Below, one piece after another: positions 48,831 to 62,480 of a stretch of DNA of 64,000 nucleotides. A program made the position numbers and the translations under genes. The notes beneath the pieces were generated by a model, which did not search any database, had not been told where the DNA came from, and worked only from the letters and a program-made list of their open reading frames with translations. The number at the start of each line of letters is the position of its first letter. Positions within the stretch are counted from its first letter, which is position 1. The stretch comes from Mobula hypostoma (lineage: Eukaryota), in NCBI RefSeq assembly GCF_963921235.1, contig NC_086098.1, positions 6,138,001 to 6,202,000 on the forward strand. The letters are read 5' to 3'.

Positions 48831-49362
48831 ATAGACAATAGACAATAGACAATAGGTGCAGGAGTAGGCCATTCGGCCCTTCGAGCCAGCACCGCCATTC
48901 ACTGTGATCATGGCTGATCATCCACAATCAGTATCCAGTTCCTGCCTTATCTCCATAACCTTTGATTTCACTATCTTTAAGAGCTCTATCCATCTCTTTT
49001 TTGAAAGCATCCAGAGACTTGGCCTCCACAGCCTTCTGGGGCAGAGCATTCCATATATCCACCACTCTCTGGGTGAAAAAGTTTTTCCTCAACTCCGTTC
49101 TAAATGGCCTACCCCTAATTCTTAAACTGTGGCCTCTGGTTCCAGACTCACCCATCAGCGGGAACATGCTTCCTGCCTGCAGCGTGTCCAATCCCTTAAT
49201 AACCTTATATGTTTCAATAAGATCCCCTCTCAGCCTTCTAAATTCCAGAGTATACAAGCCCAGTCGCTCCAATCTTTCGACATATGACAGTCCCGCCATC
49301 CCGGAAATTAACCTTGTGAACCTACGCTGCACTCCCTCAATAGCAAGAATGTCCTTCCTCAA
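48831..49362 (-). mobile_element. Young CR1 3' fragment with open frame
   Basis: ORF 48928-49362 RKDILAIEGVQRRFTRL..RKNFFTQRVV; (tagacaa)n tail. Confidence 0.9.
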
Positions 49363-49604
49363 AATAAAAATAATATAATCTTCAAAACTCCAAGAAAAAC
49401 CTTAGCACATCTATCAACAAAAATGGAATTTGATTCAGTCAGCTAAACTGAAGGTACATGATGCACTTACACATTTATATATAAATCAAACAGAAATTAG
49501 ATTGTGTAACACTGTTTCCTCATGCACCATGATATTAAGGCTTAAGGATCCACTTTATTCACCATATATATTCAAATGTATTAGGATGTATTCACATGTA
49601 TTCA

Positions 49605-50840
49605 CTTGCATTTACTCTATCTGTACCTCTCATAATTTTGTATACCTGGATCTAATTTCCTCTCAATCTTTTACATTCCAAGGAATAAAATCATAATCTA
49701 TTCAATCTTTCCTTATAACTCAGGTCTTCCAAAACCGCAGCATCCTTGTAAATTTTCTCTTTACTCTTTCAACCTTATTTACAGCTTTCCTATAGGTAGG
49801 TGAACAAAACTGCACACAATACTCCAAATTAGGCTTCACCAATGTCTTGTACAACTTCAACCTAACATCCCATCTCCTTTACTCAATACTGTGACTTATG
49901 AAGGCCAACGTGCCAAAAGTTTTCTTTATGACCCTATCCACCTGTGATGCCTCTTTCTATGAATTATGGACCTGTACTCCTAGATTCCTTAGTTCTACCG
50001 CAATCCTCAGTGTCCTACCATTCACTGTGTAAGACCTACCCTGGTTGGTCCTACTGAAGCGGAACACATCGCACTTGTCTGCATTAAATTCCATCTGCCA
50101 TTTTTCAGTCCATTTTTCAAGCTGGTCCAGATGCTGCTGAAAGCTTGGATAGTCTTTCTCGCTGTCCACAATCTTGGTGTCATCTGTAAACTTGCTGATC
50201 TAGTTAACCACATACTCATCCAGATGTAGATGACAAACGACAACAGACCCAGCACCGATCCATGCGGCACACCACTAATCACATGCCACCAGTCAGACAG
50301 AACCACTCTCTGGCTTCTCCAGCAAAGCTAATGTCTAATCCAATTTATTACTTCATCTTGAATGCCAAGCAACTGAAATTTCTTGACCAACCTCCCATGC
50401 AAGACCATGACAAATGCCTTGCTAAAGTCCATCCACTGTCTTGCCTCCATCAATTTTTCTGGGAACTTGCTCAAAGAACTCTATGAGAGTGGTTTGACAC
50501 AACCTACCACAGACAAAGCCATGCTGACTATCCCTAATCTGCCCCTGTCTATTCAAATTCTCATATACCCAGAACCTTAGAATACCGTCCAATAACTTCC
50601 CACCATTGATGTCAGACTCACCAGCAATAACAGCCTTGTTTATTTTTAGAGCCTTTCTTAAACAGCAGAACGACATTGGCTATCCTCCAATCCTCCAATA
50701 TCTCACCTGTCATTCAGGATTGTCTTAAATATCTCTGCTAGGGCCCCTACAATTTCTGTACTTGGGATCAAGGGTCCAAAGGAACAGTTTGTCAGACTCT
50801 GCAGGTTTATACACCCAGATTTGGCTCAGGACAGCAATCT
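49605..50840 (-). mobile_element. Old CR1 RT fragment
   Basis: DSQHGFV, SGVPHGSVLG and KWQMEFNADKC motifs. Confidence 0.85.
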
Positions 50841-51429
50841 GTAGTGGGTGGGTTGCTGTCTTTTTCTTCTTCAATATTTTTATTAATTTTCTACATAGGA
50901 GAATACAGAGTTCAAGAAAAAAAGAAATATATCAAATACATTATACACACATACAAACTCCTTATTCTATATTCATACAAATTGATTAATTCATAATATT
51001 GAAATATAATAAATTTATTATATGCGGGTCTAACTAGAATGTTTGATGAGATTAACTTCCTGGGAGAAGAGGCTTTAATATGGCATAAGGTTTTGTTTTA
51101 ATTGTCCTTTAGCATTTTCCAGAAGGAAGCTTTTGAAAAGGCCAGTTTTCTGGTGTTGGCTGTATTAGTGACTATGTTCAGATGAAATCACACAAGTTGG
51201 GAAAGTGGAACGAATCCTTCCAGCCATTATTATTTTAGTATGTGAGTGCACATCCATGTGTTTGTTGTCTAATACACATTTCCGCTGATTCTAGCAGAGA
51301 GTTGTGCTTAGACTTTAACATGATGATAATCATGGCCCAGTCCAACTAAAACTAGGAGCATTTTACTAATTTTCTGTTCTGATGTAACATTGTAGATTAG
51401 CAGTAAACATGGAGCTCAGAGCTCACTTA

Positions 51430-52380
51430 GACCATAAGATCATAATATATATGAGCAGAATTAGGCCATTCAGTCCATCAAGTCTGCTCTGCCATTCCAT
51501 CATGGCTGATCCCAGATCCCACTCTACCCCATACACCTGCCTTCTTGTCATATCCTTTGATGCCCTGATCAATAAGGAAGCAATCAACTTCAGCCTTAAA
51601 TATTCGCAAGGATCTGGCCTCCACCATAGTCTGTGGTGGAGCATTCCACAGATTTACTACTCTCTAACTAAAATATTTCTCCTTACCTCTGTTCTAAAGG
51701 ATCACCCCTCAATTTTGAGGCTGTGCCCTCTAGTTCTGGATACCACCACAACCACAGGAAACATCCTCTCTGCGTCCATCTTATCTAGTTCTTTCAACAT
51801 TCAGTAGGTTTCAATGATATCCCCACACATTCTTCTAAATTCCAGTGAATACAGGCCCAAAGCTGACAAATGCTCCTCATATGTTAACCCCTTCATTCTC
51901 AGAATCATCTTCGTGAACCTCCTCTGGACTCTCTCCAATGACAGCACATCCTTTCTGAGATATGGGGCCCAAAACTGTGGACAATACTCCAAGTGCAGCC
52001 TGACTAGTGTCTGATAAAGTGTCAGCATTATCTTCTTGCTATTATATTCTATTCCCCTTCAAATACATACCAACATTATATTTGACTTCTTTACCACAGA
52101 CTCAACCTGTGAATTAAACTTTTGGGAGTCTTGCACGAGGACTGTTATGTCCCTCTGCACCCCCGATGTTAGAACCATCTCCCCATTTAGATAATAGTCT
52201 GCACTATCGTTCCTTTTACCAAAATGCATTATCATACCTTTCCCAACTCTGTATTCAATCTGCCACTTGTTTGGCCATTCTTGCAATATGTCTAAGTCCT
52301 GCTGCAATCACATTGATTCCTCGGCACTCCCCACCCCTCCACTTATCTTCGTGTGGCTTGCAAACTTTGTCACAAAGTCC
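51430..52380 (-). mobile_element. CR1 RT/3' fragment
   Basis: LVRLHLEYCPQFWAPYLRKD..RVQRRFT. Confidence 0.85.
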
Positions 52381-52384
52381 TCTG

Positions 52385-52790
52385 TAAGAGCGGTAAGCAG
52401 TGTGAAGGAGTGGGGTGCTTACTGATCTGGTTAACAACAGATGGTGCAATCCGGGGTATATTACGACCGAGGAACGTGTTTGCAGATTGGATACTGAACT
52501 TTTTACCGTTGCACTTCGTTCACATTCCACCGTGATACAACACTTGGCGGCATGGGAGGTCGTTCCTGCCTGTGGCCATCGAACGTGCAGCTCCTCCCGT
52601 GGAGGGTCAGACACCCTGAGCCAATAGGCTGGTCCTGGACTTATTTTCCATCTGGCATAGTTTTGCATTTTGTTGTTTGATTGTTGGGGTTTTTTGTATT
52701 GCTGTATTTACACTCTATTCTTGGTTGGTGCAGCTGTAACGAAACCAAATTTCCCTCAGGATTAATAAAGTATATCTATCTATCTATCTA
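52385..52790 (+). mobile_element. Rex1/Babar-like internal-deletion derivative
   Basis: VNNRWCNPG..ELFTVALR fused to C-terminal segment at the same junction as the 3061-3507 copy; (tatc)n tail. Confidence 0.8.
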
Positions 52791-52934
52791 AAGAAGTTTG
52801 TACGTTCTTTCCCGTGTGCACGAGTGTTTCCTCCGGGTGCTCCGGCTTCCTCCCACAGTCCAAAGACATACTCGCTGGTACGTTAACTGCTCATTGTAAA
52901 TTATCCTGTGATTAGAGTAGGGTTAAATGTCGTT

Positions 52935-53822
52935 CAAAGGTCAAAATAAATTTATTATCAATGTACATATATATCACCATAAACAACCCTGAGATTCATT
53001 TTCTTGTGGGCATACTCAAAAGTTCTGTAAAATAGTAAGGATAACAGAATGAATGAAAGACCACCCAACTGGGTTGTTCACACTAGAGTGCAGAAAACAA
53101 CACACTATGCAAATACAAAAGAGGAAATAATAATAAACAAATAAAAAAATAAGCAATAAATATCGAGAACATGAGATGAAGAGTCCTTAAAAGTGAGTTC
53201 ATTGGGTATGGTAACATTTCAATGATGGTGCGTGAAGTTGAGTAAAGTTATTTGACTTTGGTTCAAGAGCCTGATGGTTGAGGGGTGATAACTGTTTCAA
53301 AACCTGATGGTGTGAGTCCTGAGGCTCCTGTACCTTTTTCCTGATAGCAGTAGTGAGAAGAGAGTATGGTCTATGTGGTGGAGGTCTTAATGATAGATGC
53401 TGCCTTCCTGCGACAAGTATCATGTGGGTGTGCTCTGTGGACTGAGCTGTATCCATGACTTTTTATAGGATTTTCTGTTCAAGGGCATTGGTGTTTCTGA
53501 ACCAGGCTGTGATGCAGCTGGTCAATATACTCTCCAATGCACATGTATAGTTTGTCAAAGTTTTGGATGTCACGCTGAATCTTCACAAATTCCTGAGGAT
53601 GTAGAGGTGCTGCTGTGCTCTCTTCATAATTGCACTTCTGTGCTGGGCCCAGGACAGGTCCTGTGAAATGATTACACCAAGGAATTTAATGTTATTGACC
53701 CTCTTTGTGACTGATCCTCTGATGGAGTACTGGCTCATGGATTTTCAATTTCCTCCTCCTGAAGTCAATAATCAGCTCCTTGGTCTTGACATTGAGTGAG
53801 AGGTTGTTGTTGTAGCACCATA
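52935..53822 (-). mobile_element. Rex1/L2-type LINE 3' part
   Basis: WCYNNNLSLNVKTKELIIDFRR; 3' end homologous to 28890-29300. Confidence 0.75.
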
Positions 53823-54220
53823 TGAATGATGTGCCAATGCTTTGGTGCAGCTGGGTATACACACAGAGACAACAAAAGCAAAAACAACTCTCTTTGGTGA
53901 TCAATTTTTGATGATGGGGTGGCAACAGTAGCATAATGGTTAGCATAACACTTTACCCTGCAAGTGATTGTGATCAGTGTTCAACTCTGCCACTCTCTAT
54001 GAGGGGTTTATACGTCCTCCCTGTGACCGCATGGGTTTCCTCTGGGTGCTTTCACTTTTCCTAGACCCGCAGACCTGTAATAATATAATTCTAACTGCTT
54101 CTGTTATTAGTTGAAATTTCTAATTTCAATGCATTTCAAATTTAATTTTTATCTTCTTATACATGGCCAGCAAAGTCCTTCCTTGCTACTATGTATGGTC
54201 CCTTGATTTCTGCGCCACTC

Positions 54221-54754
54221 ATGGCCTCAAGCCGTGCTGTCACCTGTTTACAGCCACCAAGAGAAGGTTCATTCCACCAGAGTTGGTGTGGCATGCCATC
54301 CAGGCTGGAGTGAGTCCCACCCCTACCCCCGTGTTCACTCTACAATCTGTATTGTGGTTGACAGCATATTTCTGTGACACTTATGGACTCGGGATCTGGA
54401 CTATTTTTTTCTGCGACTGTATTTTACTGACATCTTACACGGGTTTTCTATCTTGTATGTGCTGTGTGACTGTTAGCACTGCGTCTTGCACCTTGGCCCT
54501 GGATTAATGTTGCTTGTTTTGGCTGTATTTATGGGTATTTGTGTATGGTTGAATGACAATTAAACTAGAATTGAAGTGAATTGGAAGATTTCTTCCCCAG
54601 CTTTGTTAATAGTTGTGCAAGACAGTGCAAGAAGCTGATTTGTGCTCCGTATTACTTTACCTGCGTCACATACACACGGCCAGCTTTATCCTGATTCAAC
54701 ATTTAGCGCTGGCTCTGAGAACTCGTGGATTGCATTACATCCTTCAACAAAACT
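54221..54754 (+). mobile_element. Composite retroposon with 3' extension (second copy)
   Basis: Reverse-complement match to 26689-27229. Confidence 0.7.
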
Positions 54755-54806
54755 GTGGCTCATTGGCAAAATTTTATACTGAAATAAGAAAGAAATTTCA
54801 AACATA

Positions 54807-55346
54807 CAGTCAGTGGCCACTTCATTATGTACCTCCTGTATCTATCGAAGTGGCTACTGAGTGTACGTTTGTGATCTTCTGCTGCTGTAGCCCATCCACT
54901 TCAAAGCTTGATATGTGTGTACAGAGATGCTGTTCTGCACACCACTGTTGTAATGTGTGGTTATTTGAGTTACTGTCGCCTACCTGTCAGCTTGAACCAG
55001 TCTGGCCATTCTCCTCTGACCACTCTCACTAACAGAACTGCTGCTTACTGGATGTTTTCTTGTGTCTCACAGCATTCTCTGTATACTCTAGAGTCCATTG
55101 TGCATGAAAATCCCAGGAGATCAGCAGCTTCTGAGATACTCAAACAACCTCGTCTGGTACCAACAATCATTCCATGATCGAAGCCACTTCAATCACATTT
55201 CTTCCCCATTGTGATGTTTGGTTTGAACAGCAACTGAACCTCTTGACCATGTCTGCATGCTTCTCTGCATTGAGTTGCTGTTACATAACTGGCTAATAGA
55301 ATATTTGCATTCATGAGCAGGTGTGCCTATTAAAATGGCCACTGAG
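54807..55346 (-). mobile_element. Tc1-like deletion derivative with TIRs at both ends
   Basis: TA-cagtcagtggccacttcattatgtac ... gtgcctattaaaatggccactgag. Confidence 0.8.
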
Positions 55347-55584
55347 CAACTTTTTTTTAAAAAATGCAAGCATGAGCAGGTAGTGAATTCCCCTGCACAA
55401 TCCATTCAGTCCTAATTTACAGAACTCCTGATTCAGCACACTATGTGGATACAAAATCCCAATTCAAGCATAAATTGTTCATTAAAGTAGATTTCATTGC
55501 TTTACTCATTACATATAGGCATCCAATGCAAAGCTAAACTAAAAATGCTCATATGTTTGAAACCTATGCCATTTAGCGTGAGGC

Positions 55585-55860
55585 ATCATGACAGCTTAGC
55601 GGTTAGTGCGGCACTATTACAGCTTGGGGCATGAGAGTTAGGAGTTCAGTTCCTGCTGCTGTCTGCAAGGAGGTTGCACATTCCCCTCGCTCGTGACCGC
55701 ATGGATTTCCCCGGATGCTCCAGTTTCCTCCCACAGTCCGAAGACCTACTGGTTAGTAAGTGAACTGGTCATTGTAAACTGACCTGTGATTAGGCTAGCG
55801 GGTTGCTGGGCAACGCTGCTCGTTTGGTCAGTAGGCCCGGTCCACGCTGTATCTTTAAAT
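55585..55860 (+). mobile_element. V-domain tRNA-derived SINE
   Basis: A/B-box-like head and ccagtttcctcccacagtccgaagac domain. Confidence 0.7.
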
Positions 55861-57667
55861 AATTAAAATGAATAAATTAGGAAGAAAGCATATATTTATC
55901 AGATATTTTTAGATAGTTTATATTTAGCGTTAATACAGTGGATGATTAAACTGGCTTTAGTGCAAAGGTTGTCCACCCCTTTAAGCTGCAGGTTAACCAA
56001 CATTGAGTGTCCCATGACAAAATGTATATCCACTTGTTTAGATAGAGCCCTAGCAGAGACCTTACACTACTACATAAAAGGGACACTGTGCACGTTTGTT
56101 TCTTTTGGTTTGGAGGTACAGTCTATTACGAGGTCAAGCAGCAAGAAAATGTCAGCTTGAAGACAGATTAGTTTTAAAACAAGATTGCTTTCTGATTTGA
56201 CCCATGTAGAGAAGCACAATGGCCAGCAAGCCATTGCTGTTTAATTTATGGGTTAAAATTATGCGTGACTAAAGAAAGCATATCAATCATGCCAGGCAGT
56301 GCATAATGTACTAGATGAAGAAGTTTAGTGGGTTGAGAGGAGGCAGGAAACTTGTCACTCTCAGTTCAACAGCTTCCAAATAACCATGATATCCTTTGAA
56401 TAAACCACCCCAACATGTAGCAGGTGGATAGGGCTTGCTTTGTTGTCTTTGTACCAATGAAAGGAAGTGGGCAGGATCCAATTTTCCTGCTTCACGCAAT
56501 AGTTCTTTTTAAAAACAAGGTAGGCAAATTGACTTTGCCATATCGCACATTTTTCATAAAATGTGTATAACTTTCCTGAAATGTCTGATTTATCAAATAG
56601 CCCAGAAATAAACAATGAGAATAATAGCAATGATAAAGATGTGTTATACAGGTGTCGGATGTAATGTGAGTCCATTTTCATCAGATTTTGATTTTCTCCC
56701 AGTAACAGACCTAAAAATCATCTTGATTTTCCTGAACATATTCTGAATAACACTGCCTTCAACTCTCATCATTACTTCCAAATGATGCAAGCAATTAAAA
56801 ATGGATAGCGCTGTTGGTACATGTCATGAAATTGTTTTGATAGTATATTGAGTTAGCGTGGATTATTGAATAACACTAAGTAAAATTACTGCATGGGAAG
56901 TTGTAAACAAAGAAATGAATTAAGTACTTAAAGGATAAAAGAATCTTGCCTCAACAAAATACCCATTTATCTTATGTGGGAATACTACCATTTGCCTTTC
57001 AGCCTACCATTAACCATGATGATTTATTGAGGTTTGCTTGGCATTTGGAATGGAAACCTTCCTTATCTGCCTCAGCCATTAGACAATCCATTCTTGGATG
57101 CGGAAGAAAGCTATCATAAGATTAGATCTTACAGAACTAATCCGAAGTATACATTAGCTGTTATATTTGAGTAAATCCTTTCCTTTTGATGGGGATGAAA
57201 TGGAGTCATGGGAGACTGTTGCTTTGTCTCTTGTTTTGCTTTGGCACATTTTTTTAAAGTTACATCTGCTATAGCAACTTATCTTGTCTATACCAAACTC
57301 CACCCAGAAATGCATCTTGACAACTCTGGCTGGTGACATTAGTCAACGCTACCAAATTTTTGTGCTCTTTTTAAGATATCTCTCTAACATTACGGATAAA
57401 AATGAGAACTGCGTATCAAAATCAAAAATTCTGAGGAAAATTATATCTTTAATCTCAACTTTTGAAAGAAAAGTAATATTAAACTTTAATGTCTTTTATT
57501 TAGCATAATAGAAAAGTGAACTCTTAATGTTGTTTTTGATTTTATATCCTACCAAAATGATGTAATCTGGGTTAATTGCAGCACTGTTCTGAATGTGACC
57601 CTGTGCATTCTAACCACTGCATTTTTCTGTTTCAATTTTGTTAATTTAGTCTTCTGGCTTTTGGAGC

Positions 57668-57930
57668 AGCATGGTAGCGTAGAGGTTAGCACAGTACTGG
57701 CGATTTGGGTTCAATTCCTGCCACTGCCTGTCAGGAGTTTGCGTGTAATAGCGTGGATTTCCTCCAAGTGCTTCAGTTTCCTCTCACAGTCCAAAGACAT
57801 ACTAGTTAGTAGGTTAATTGGTCAGTGTAAATTGTCTTCACGATGAGGCTCAAGTTAAATCTGGGGATTGCTGAGTGGCACGGCTCGAATAGGACATAGT
57901 CCGTGCTGTATCTCAATAAATAAAAATAAA
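57668..57930 (+). mobile_element. V-domain tRNA-derived SINE
   Basis: gggttcaattcc B box, V-domain and A-rich tail. Confidence 0.7.
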
Positions 57931-58019
57931 TTAATTACCATGAAGGCAGTTTATTTTATGTTGAACCATTCTTTAAGTTACAGTAAACAAACAAAAAAAC
58001 AAAATAAATAAATAATGAG

Positions 58020-58607
58020 GAGTGAGGCCTCCATCGGTAAGGGTCGACCATGGATGTTGTGTCCCGGCTGTCGAGATACACAAGCCAGGGCAGTACAATA
58101 TGGAGGGCAAGCTGTTGCCCAAGTAGCAGGCTCCCCCTCTCCATACATCTGATGAACTCAGAGGAACAGTAGAGACTGGCACAATTAGGCACCAAATCAT
58201 CATGGGAGTTGCCAGTATGCACTGAACTCAACATAGGACTGCCGTAGAGACTCCCGCTCTGGATTGTGCCTTGGGGTTTACTCCCAAAGCCTTCCCCATG
58301 AGTGGGTACAGCTACAAGGCAGCGGAGGTTTGAGATCAGAGTTTTCCTTCTCCTCGATGAGCTGCCAACCACAGCTGATGAGTCCCATGTGCCCAAACTG
58401 ACTGGTTTTAAAACACCAGTAACCCACCTTTGCCCCTCTCCTGGCAGTTAAAACAGCTGCACCCGGCTTAGCAGCTAAACCTCACATGAAGGGCAGGAGC
58501 TGGACTTGTTTGTCGGAAGTTATTTAAGGTGCATGCCTTTGGGAGAACTTAATAGGTAATTGGAGTTAATCCTCACTACCACCCCTAGCTATGACCACTG
58601 TAAGGAA
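58020..58607 (-). mobile_element. Second copy of the 24305-24870 non-autonomous retroposon
   Basis: Shared tggcagctca..ggaaaactctgatctc and aaaccccaagg segments. Confidence 0.6.
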
Positions 58608-60899
58608 CCAAATAAATAAATAAATAACACAAAAGAAGTGATATTCATGGGTTCATTGTCCATTCAGAAATCTGATGGCAGAGGGGAAAAAGCTGTTCTT
58701 GAAATGTTGAGTGCATACTTTCAGGTTCCTCTTCATCCCCCTGGTGGTAGCAATGAGGTGAGTGACCTTAATGATGGATACAGCTTTCTTGAGGCACTAT
58801 CTTTTGAAGAGGTCCTCAGTGGTGTGGAGTCTTGTACCTGTGATGGAGCTGGCCAAATCTTATGTTCTTGTGCATTTGTGCCTCCAAACCAGACAGTGAT
58901 GCAGCCAGTCAGAATGATCTCCACAGTACATCCATAGAAACTTGCTCGGGTCTTTGGTGACATATCAAATCTCCCAAACAGCTCATGATGGTTTTGATCT
59001 GCTGGGCCCAGGACAGACCTTCAGAGATGTTGGTGCTCAGGAACTTGAAGCTGCTCACCTTTTCCCCTTCTGATCCCTAGATGAGGACTTAAGGAGCATG
59101 TCACAGAACATGCAGTCTATGCATGGCAATGTATCGATCGAACAACCAAACAGGCAATGTAGGAGAAATTACAGTCAGAGGACCAGAGGGTTCCTGAGGA
59201 TGGGGAAGCAAAGTCGCTGGGAGTTCCTGAGTTAGAAATGGAACTTTTGTAGAACATAAGGAATTTTAATAGGAGTTTTTTCGTGGGATCAAGAATCAAT
59301 ATATTTTAACCAGGATAGTGGTGATGGGGAGGAGGCCACTGTGTGGGATAGGATGTAGATAGCAGAGTTTTGATTCAGTTGGTATATATAAAGCACATGA
59401 GGTGTGCAGGGAGAATGTTCGATCAGGCAGATTTGTGGGTGACAGAACAGTTATTATGTGAAGATAAGCTGGCATAGAGGAAAAGCCTGCTGATGTCACT
59501 GAAGTGGAGGAAGGTGCTCTCTGTGAAAGTTAAGATTTGGTTTAACTCAAAAAGGGTTCATGTGCCCTGATTACCCCTGAAATTGTCCCATGGAAAAGAG
59601 TGGAATACTTACCATTCTTTACTTGGTGTTTGCATCAAGCGGCAAAGACTTTTATTTCCTCATCTTTCAACACAAAATTAAGATTCAAGGTTGTATATCA
59701 TTATTCATCAGTACATGAGTAAAATGGAGAATGGAATGATTGTTACTCCAGATCCAAAGCAGCTTAAAAACTCAATAAAGAACATAATAAATAGAAATGC
59801 ATTAGTTTAGCTCAAATACGTTCTGTAGATTTACATGTACATAAATTTCAGGTTCAAGTTCAATGTACCTTTCTTCTTCTTACAGGCAGTACAAATCAGA
59901 GAAACCCAATAAACCCATTCAAAGAAACGAAGACTGACGGCATGAAATGTGCAGAAAAAAAGATCAAATTGTGCAAACAATAAGAATGCCATTCAGAACT
60001 GAAGTTCTTGAATGAATGTGGGTCCACAGCCATGAAGCCAGTCATCACTGAAGCTGATTCAGAGAGCCCTTTGGTTGCAGGCCACGGCCTCAGTTCAGTG
60101 CAAAAACAAGTAAACCTCACTGAGCAGCGAGCTTAACGCCAACCTGTCCCTCGCCTCTGACCCCGATACACTGACCTTTTCTATCTGGCCTGGCAATAAA
60201 ATCGTCCAAACCTCGGATCGTTTATTACTCTTGAACCAAGACCCTGTCACTTTGACATGCTCTCGGGCCTGGGACCAGCCACATCAATTCGGCCCGAACT
60301 CAGCCTTTCCAATTCAGCCCAGCACTTAAATCGATGAAACTTCAGATCTTTCCTTGGTCATTCAGCTATAAATGTACATACTGCCAAATGAAACAATTTT
60401 TTCTCCAGACCAAGGTGCACAACACAACTCACACACAGAACACATAAATTAATATTACCACAAATAAACGAACAAATAATAAGGTGCATTTACAACATAA
60501 GCTAAAAGTAAATCGGTATAACGTTAATTGCGCTTCATACGTGAGGAGATCTGGATGCTGGCAGGGTGTTAGTCTTACAGCCTGGGGGAAGTGATATTGG
60601 GTACAGGAGTGTCTGTATATAAGGTGACTGACAGGAAATACAGTAGTGGTGGTTGGGGGTATGGAGGGGTGGGTTAGTGGGTAGAGGTGTGAAATCAGCC
60701 TTTCTACTTGGGGAAAGTAACTGTTTTTGAGTCTGGAGGATCTCCTGACAGGAGAAGGACGAACAGTCCATGGGCAAAAAAGTCTGATGTATACCATTTG
60801 CAGGGAAAAAGTTACAGTACTATAAAGTAAAGCTGAGGATAATATAACTGAAGCATTAGCAATGGAACTTACTAAAATAGTGACGGAATATTTTCCATT

Positions 60900-61455
60900 C
60901 CACATCATCAGAGATGTCCTCCTCCTTTAAAGAACAAAGCTTCCCTTACTCCACTGTTGATGCTGCCCTCACCTGCATCTCTTCCATTTCCCTAACATCC
61001 ACACTCACCCCATCTTTCCACCGCCTTGGCAGTGATAGAGTTCCTCTTGTCCTTACCTACCATCCCGTGAGCCGCTGCAATCAACACATTATCCTCCGCA
61101 ACTCCACAGCCATCTCCAAAGGGATTCTATCACCAAATGTGTCTTTACCTCTCCCCTCCACTTTCATCAGGGATCAGTCCCTCCATGATTCCTTTGTCTA
61201 TTATCCCCTCCCCACCAATGTCCCTCCAGGTTCTTATCCCTGCAAGCAGCCACAGCATTACTCCTGCCCATACACATCTCCCCCACTTCCATTAAGGCCC
61301 AAGCAGTCCTTCCAGGTGAGGCAACATTTCACCTGTGAATCTGCTGGGGTCAACATTGTATCCGATGCTCCCAATGCAGCCTCCTGCCCATTGATGAGAC
61401 CCTTCATAAATAGGGGGGCCGCTTCTTTGAAAACCTCCGTACCATCCGCCACAAT
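60900..61455 (+). pseudogene. Penelope-like RT C-terminus/linker/GIY-YIG start remnant
   Basis: ORF 60914-61465: DRVPLVLTYHP, PPGSYPC and PKQSFQVRQHFTCES motifs. Confidence 0.8.
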
Positions 61456-61479
61456 GCTTTGTTAATGCTGCACGGTGAG

Positions 61480-62480
61480 GATTAAACTACAATTGCAGGG
61501 GATGGGAACCAGAGAGCCAGAGCAGTTCATGGAGAGGTTGTAGAGGCAGATGTTGGTAAGACCTCAGACAAAGTTAGGAATCAAAAGGTTGAGCATGGTG
61601 CAACTAGTGTCCTGAGCTGCCTAGATTTCAGTGCAAGAAGTATCATAGGAAAGGCAGATGACAGTGATGAAGATGAGGTAACTGGTTTACAAACAGAGGC
61701 AATTTGTAGTGAGGAGAGGCTACTGATGGGGCAAAATTGTAGTCAACAGGATGAGTTGCAACACAAAAGGTGGACAAAATCAAAAAGGGTGAATACAGGA
61801 CTGAAGGTGTTGTATTTGAATGTGGAATAAGGTAGATGAACTTGCAGCACAGTTGCAGATTGGCAGATTTGATATTGCAGGCATCACTGAATCATGGCTG
61901 AAAGAAGATTATAGCTGGGAGCTTAATGCACATTATATTGAAAGGACTGGCAGGAAGGCAAAGAAGGCAGGGTTGTTCTGTTGGTGAAGAAGGAAATCAA
62001 ATCATTAGAAAGAGGAAACATAGGGTCGGAAGGTGTTGAATCTGCAAGGGCAAGGGACTGCGAAGTTAAAAAGACCCTGATGGGAGTTGAACTCAGACTC
62101 CCAAACAGTAGTAAGGAGGTGGCCCTTGAATTACAATGGGACTTAGAAAATGCATGCCAGAAGGGCAATGTTACAATGGTTATAGAGGTTTTCAACATGC
62201 AGGTAAATTGGGAAATTCAGGTTGGTGGGGGGGAGAGGGAGTTTCTAGAGTGCCTACAAGATGGGCTGCTTCTAGCAGCTCATGACTGAGCCCACTAGGG
62301 GATCAGAGATTCTGGATGGGGTGTTGTGCAATTAACAAGAATTGATTAGATATGTTAAAGTAAAGGAACTGTTAGGGGCAAATGAGCATAATATGATCAA
62401 ATTTACCCTGAAATCTGAGAAGTAGAAGCTAAAGTCAGATGTATCAGTATACAGTGGAGTAAAGGTAATTACAGAGACAT
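61480..62480 (+). mobile_element. CR1 inter-ORF/endonuclease fragment, apparently chimeric
   Basis: Two successive endonuclease starts; GITESWL and FLECLQDG motifs. Confidence 0.75.

Noticed and set aside
59613..59663. Minus-strand 51-nt exon candidate with GTAAGT donor
   Set aside because: Stop codons occur in all three frames.
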